DNA of 64,000 nucleotides from an uncultured Gammaproteobacteria bacterium (GTDB lineage Bacteria; Patescibacteriota; Patescibacteriia; Patescibacteriales; UBA12465): NCBI GenBank assembly GCA_964639785.1, contig CAZXEE010000003.1, positions 21,384 to 85,383 of the forward strand, read 5' to 3'. Shown piece by piece: positions 61,167 to 64,000 of this stretch (position 1 is its first letter; each line of letters starts with the position of its first letter). The notes under the pieces were generated by a model. It saw only the letters and a program-made list of their open reading frames with translations, ran no database searches and was not told where the DNA came from. The position numbers and the translations under genes were made by a program.

Positions 61167-63860
61167 ATGACTAGAAAAAATAAATATATTTTGGCATTTT
61201 TTTCCTGTTTAGTTTTATCTTTAGTCTTTGTCCAAACGGCTTCCGCTTTGGATGTCGGTACTAATGAAATAACTAATACTGTCCAATTGTCGGCTGATAG
61301 TCCGATTAAGATCGCAGCTCGGATTATCAATGTCGCCATGATGTTTTTGGGAATTATTGCTGTCAGTTTGATCATCTTTGCCGGTTTCAAGTGGATGACT
61401 TCTCAGGGTAATGAAGAAAATATCGCTGCCGCTAAGAAAATTTTGAAGAATGCTATTATTGGCTTATTGATTATCTTGTCTTCTTGGGGAATAGTGTCTT
61501 TTATTTTGGGAAGATTGATCGGTGATACTGGTAATCAGGGAGCAGATGGCGGTGCAGGCGGCCGAACTGGTTTAGGCCTGGGATCCGGAGCTATGGGTTC
61601 TTGCACGGTCCAGAGCGTTTATCCTGAGCCGGAACAAAGAGAAGTTCCAAGAAATACAGCTATTATCGTTACTTTCAAGGAGGACGTAAAATTGGATACG
61701 GTTTGCGTTGATACTTCTGGCGGAGCTTGCGCTTGTGATAATACCAGCGCTTGTAATCGCCTTAACAAGGAACACTTCAAGCTTTATGAAGGCTCGGATG
61801 CTCCAGCTGATGCTAGTTCAACTGATGCTATCGTTACTCATCCAGCCGGGGACAATAAGACTTTGGTGGTCACTCCGGTTACGCCGATCGGATCACCTTC
61901 GGGCAATCTGTGGTATACCGCCTATCTATCTAATGATATCGAAGCTACTTCTGGCTGTGCTAATGGAACGGCGACTTGCGGCATGTTCAGTACTTGCGCT
62001 ACTGATTATTATCGCTGGCAATTTGAAGTCAGTAACAAGTTGGATTTAACTCCTCCTCAGGTTGTCGTCAACGGCATTTTCCCGGAACCTGATAAATTGC
62101 GCGATACTGTTTCAATCAGTTCTTCTTTAGTGGCGGCTACTGGAAAATTTAGAGTCAATGGTACTCCCAAGGCTCACATTGCCGCTCAACCGGGAACGGT
62201 TGCTGGTAATCCTGGTCAACAGCCAGCCACTGTCAGCTTAGAGCCTAATTACAATGAGTCTGGCATAACTAGTTTTTCCATTACTTCTATTTTAGGCAAT
62301 AAAGCCCAGCTTTATAAGGGCTCAACTTCTTTAGGAGTGGCTGATTTTAATAATAATAATGTTACCTTCCCGGGTTATCTTACTTTAACTGTCGGTGGTG
62401 ACGGTTCTCATTCAGTTGGCAGTATGTGGACAGTTACCGTGTCTGCAGCTCAGACGGCTGATACGATTACAGTCGGCAATGATGCTTATACTTTCGTTAG
62501 CGGTACGGCCAGCGGATATAATATTGAGATAAGCAGCAACCCGACGCAGCAAGCTATGAGGATTGCGGCTGCTTTGAGTTCTCGAGAAGATGTCTCGGCT
62601 AGCGTTAATAGCGTTGATAATACCGTAGTTGATATTGAAGCTCGAGTCGGTGGCATTAGCGGCAACACTATTAATCTAGCAACTAATAATCAGGCCACTA
62701 TTTCTGTTAATCAGATGCAGGGTGGAGCTGATAATAGCGAGACAGTGGTGGTCAAGGATCAAAAGGACAAAGCGATGAATTCGACTATCCAGATTAATTT
62801 TAATGAAGCGGTTAATCCGGTAACTGTTTCTGGTAATGCCGGCGATGTTTTTCAAACTATTCAGGTCGTGAATGATGATACTGCCGCAGCTTCGAATGGG
62901 TCGGTTTGTACGACTAATAATCAATGTGCATCATATAATTGTACTGGCGGCTATTGCGTGGGTGATTATGTTGATGGCAAATTCGAGATTTCCAATGGTT
63001 ATAAGACTTTAGAGTTCAGGACTAACAATGAGTGCGGCATGAATGGTTGCGGTGAAAAGATCTATTGTTTACCGGCTGACAGCAATCTACAGGTCAAGAT
63101 CAAGACCGCTAGTTTGGTTGACTGTGCCAGCAATGATGATTGCGCGGCTAAAGCTCCATATAATACTTGTGTGGATAGTGCCGGCTTGTTTAAATCTTGC
63201 CGAGATGATAATGGTAAGAATCATCCGGCTGCCAAGATTATTCCGATGGTTGGCGTAATGGATGCCGCCTTTAATTCTTTAGACGGTAATCGGGATGATA
63301 ATGCGGACGGTCCGATTTCTTTCTATGATGAAAATGAGAAGTTGGCGGCTTATAAGGATAATTATCGCTGGTCATTCTTTGTTAATAGCCAAATCGATGC
63401 CACTCCGCCCAAAATCCGCACTATTACCCCGGATTCATCCGGATCTAGTGGCGGTTTATCCGATCCGATAGTCATCGAATTTGATAAGCTGATTATGAGT
63501 AGTTCACTAAAGAGCGGTTCAGTCAAGCTGTCGATGGGGACTACCACCGTCGAACACAAGCTGTTAAATTTGAGAAGCACTACCAATGTCCCGACTGGCT
63601 ATTGGACGACCAGCGAGAATCTGGATTATTCACCTTTGGATGGTCAACCGGATATTACTCGCGCCCAGATCAATCATTCCATGTTCGGAGAAAATATTAA
63701 TTATATTTCCCAAGTCGGTTCCGGCGTCAAGGATATCTATCAGAATTGTTTCAAGCCATCTAGCGGCCCGGATTGTATAGCAGATCAGAATAATCCTTCG
63801 TGTTGTAACGGTCACGCTAGCAGCATTTTAGATAGTAACGGAAATTGCGCAGTTAATTAG
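61167..63860 (+). CDS. Large Cys-rich surface protein: signal peptide, TrbC/VirB2-like (T4SS-pilin-like) two-helix module, Gly-rich linker and Ig-like (SbsA-type) domains
   Basis: The signal peptide ends ...VQTASA/LD. The pilin-like module is IKIAARIINVAMMFLGIIAVSLIIFAGFKWMTSQGNEENIAAAKKILKNAIIGLLIILSSWGIV. Recurrent V..V.P......VP....I...F and LTPPQV/ATPPKI boundaries are typical of SbsA-Ig-like domains. The protein has 25 Cys. Confidence 0.75.
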   Translation: MTRKNKYILAFFSCLVLSLVFVQTASALDVGTNEITNTVQLSADSPIKIAARIINVAMMFLGIIAVSLIIFAGFKWMTSQGNEENIAAAKKILKNAIIGLLIILSSWGIVSFILGRLIGDTGNQGADGGAGGRTGLGLGSGAMGSCTVQSVYPEPEQREVPRNTAIIVTFKEDVKLDTVCVDTSGGACACDNTSACNRLNKEHFKLYEGSDAPADASSTDAIVTHPAGDNKTLVVTPVTPIGSPSGNLWYTAYLSNDIEATSGCANGTATCGMFSTCATDYYRWQFEVSNKLDLTPPQVVVNGIFPEPDKLRDTVSISSSLVAATGKFRVNGTPKAHIAAQPGTVAGNPGQQPATVSLEPNYNESGITSFSITSILGNKAQLYKGSTSLGVADFNNNNVTFPGYLTLTVGGDGSHSVGSMWTVTVSAAQTADTITVGNDAYTFVSGTASGYNIEISSNPTQQAMRIAAALSSREDVSASVNSVDNTVVDIEARVGGISGNTINLATNNQATISVNQMQGGADNSETVVVKDQKDKAMNSTIQINFNEAVNPVTVSGNAGDVFQTIQVVNDDTAAASNGSVCTTNNQCASYNCTGGYCVGDYVDGKFEISNGYKTLEFRTNNECGMNGCGEKIYCLPADSNLQVKIKTASLVDCASNDDCAAKAPYNTCVDSAGLFKSCRDDNGKNHPAAKIIPMVGVMDAAFNSLDGNRDDNADGPISFYDENEKLAAYKDNYRWSFFVNSQIDATPPKIRTITPDSSGSSGGLSDPIVIEFDKLIMSSSLKSGSVKLSMGTTTVEHKLLNLRSTTNVPTGYWTTSENLDYSPLDGQPDITRAQINHSMFGENINYISQVGSGVKDIYQNCFKPSSGPDCIADQNNPSCCNGHASSILDSNGNCAVN

Positions 63861-64000
63861 AATATTATTTTCTCCAGTGTTATTTTACTTCTGTTTTAGG
63901 CCTGTTGGATTGGAGAAGTGGTATATTAAATTTATTGATTATTTAATTCAAGCGACGGTGACCTGCCTGTTTCGGTCAAGTTGCTAATAGACAAGTATGA

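Noticed and set aside
1..64000. I looked for CRISPR arrays, transposases, integrases, phage genes and rRNA operons.
   Set aside because: I saw no regularly spaced direct repeats of 25-40 nt, no recombinase or transposase motifs in any long ORF, and no 16S, 23S or 5S signatures. The only tandem repeats are the 15-nt coding repeats at 44911-45225 and the 8-mers at 57603-57668.
63861..64000. Hairpin-capable sequence (TTCTCCA...TGGAGAA) and a GC-richer stretch (GCGACGGTGACCTGCCTGTTTCGGTC) lie at the window's end. This could be the start of an ncRNA.
   Set aside because: The region is truncated by the window edge, and I could not match it to SRP RNA, RNase P RNA, 6S or T-box signatures by eye.

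Overview
This is an AT-rich, very gene-dense 64-kb chromosomal segment that includes the dnaA-dnaN replication-origin region. By hand I can support about 70 protein genes, 10 tRNAs and one tmRNA. I found no rRNA, CRISPR array, transposase, integrase or prophage gene. Most of the content is housekeeping:
- Replication and repair: dnaN, dnaA, holA-like, polA, ruvC and an EndoQ-like gene.
- Translation: rpmH, infB, rbfA, rpsP, rpsO, rpsT, infC, rpmI, rplT, rpsA, rpmF, trmD, smpB and ssrA.
- RNA metabolism: rnpA, pnp, rnj, rnc, nusA and nusB.
- Secretion and quality control: yidC, yidD, secG, tig and ftsH.
- Cell wall: murD, murI and a LysM/M23 peptidase.
- Energy and carbon: hppA, gpmA, glgA and a GH57 enzyme.

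The organism looks like a small-genome bacterium of the Candidate Phyla Radiation (Patescibacteria) type. Three things support this: a type IV pilin fused to a FISUMP domain, a large surface protein with a T4SS-pilin-like N-terminus, and charged low-complexity tails on ribosomal and RNA-processing proteins. Biosynthetic operons are also absent. This placement is an inference from gene content only. The standard code 11 applies, because TGA is used as a stop codon.

I cannot defend any complete, clearly novel multi-gene system here. The best leads are:
1. A membrane-anchored protein made of 21 tandem G-[FY]-[DN]-x-x pentapeptides (44773-45234).
2. A DsbA-type CPHC lipoprotein coupled to a CPVC membrane protein (24314-25735), in a window that also encodes very Cys-rich exported proteins.
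3. A seven-gene, translationally coupled yebC-ruvC-glgA-GH57-kinase-pyruvyltransferase operon (32094-38009).
4. An origin module in the dnaA-dnaN spacer, plus a second DnaA-box cluster upstream of infB.
5. Two orphan genes, each with its own promoter and terminator (51981-53383).
6. Structured leaders and inverted repeats in front of pnp, nusA, rpsA, rnc and a lipoprotein gene.

All calls come from reading the sequence and recognising motifs. No database search or folding program was run, and the coordinates of small features were derived by hand.
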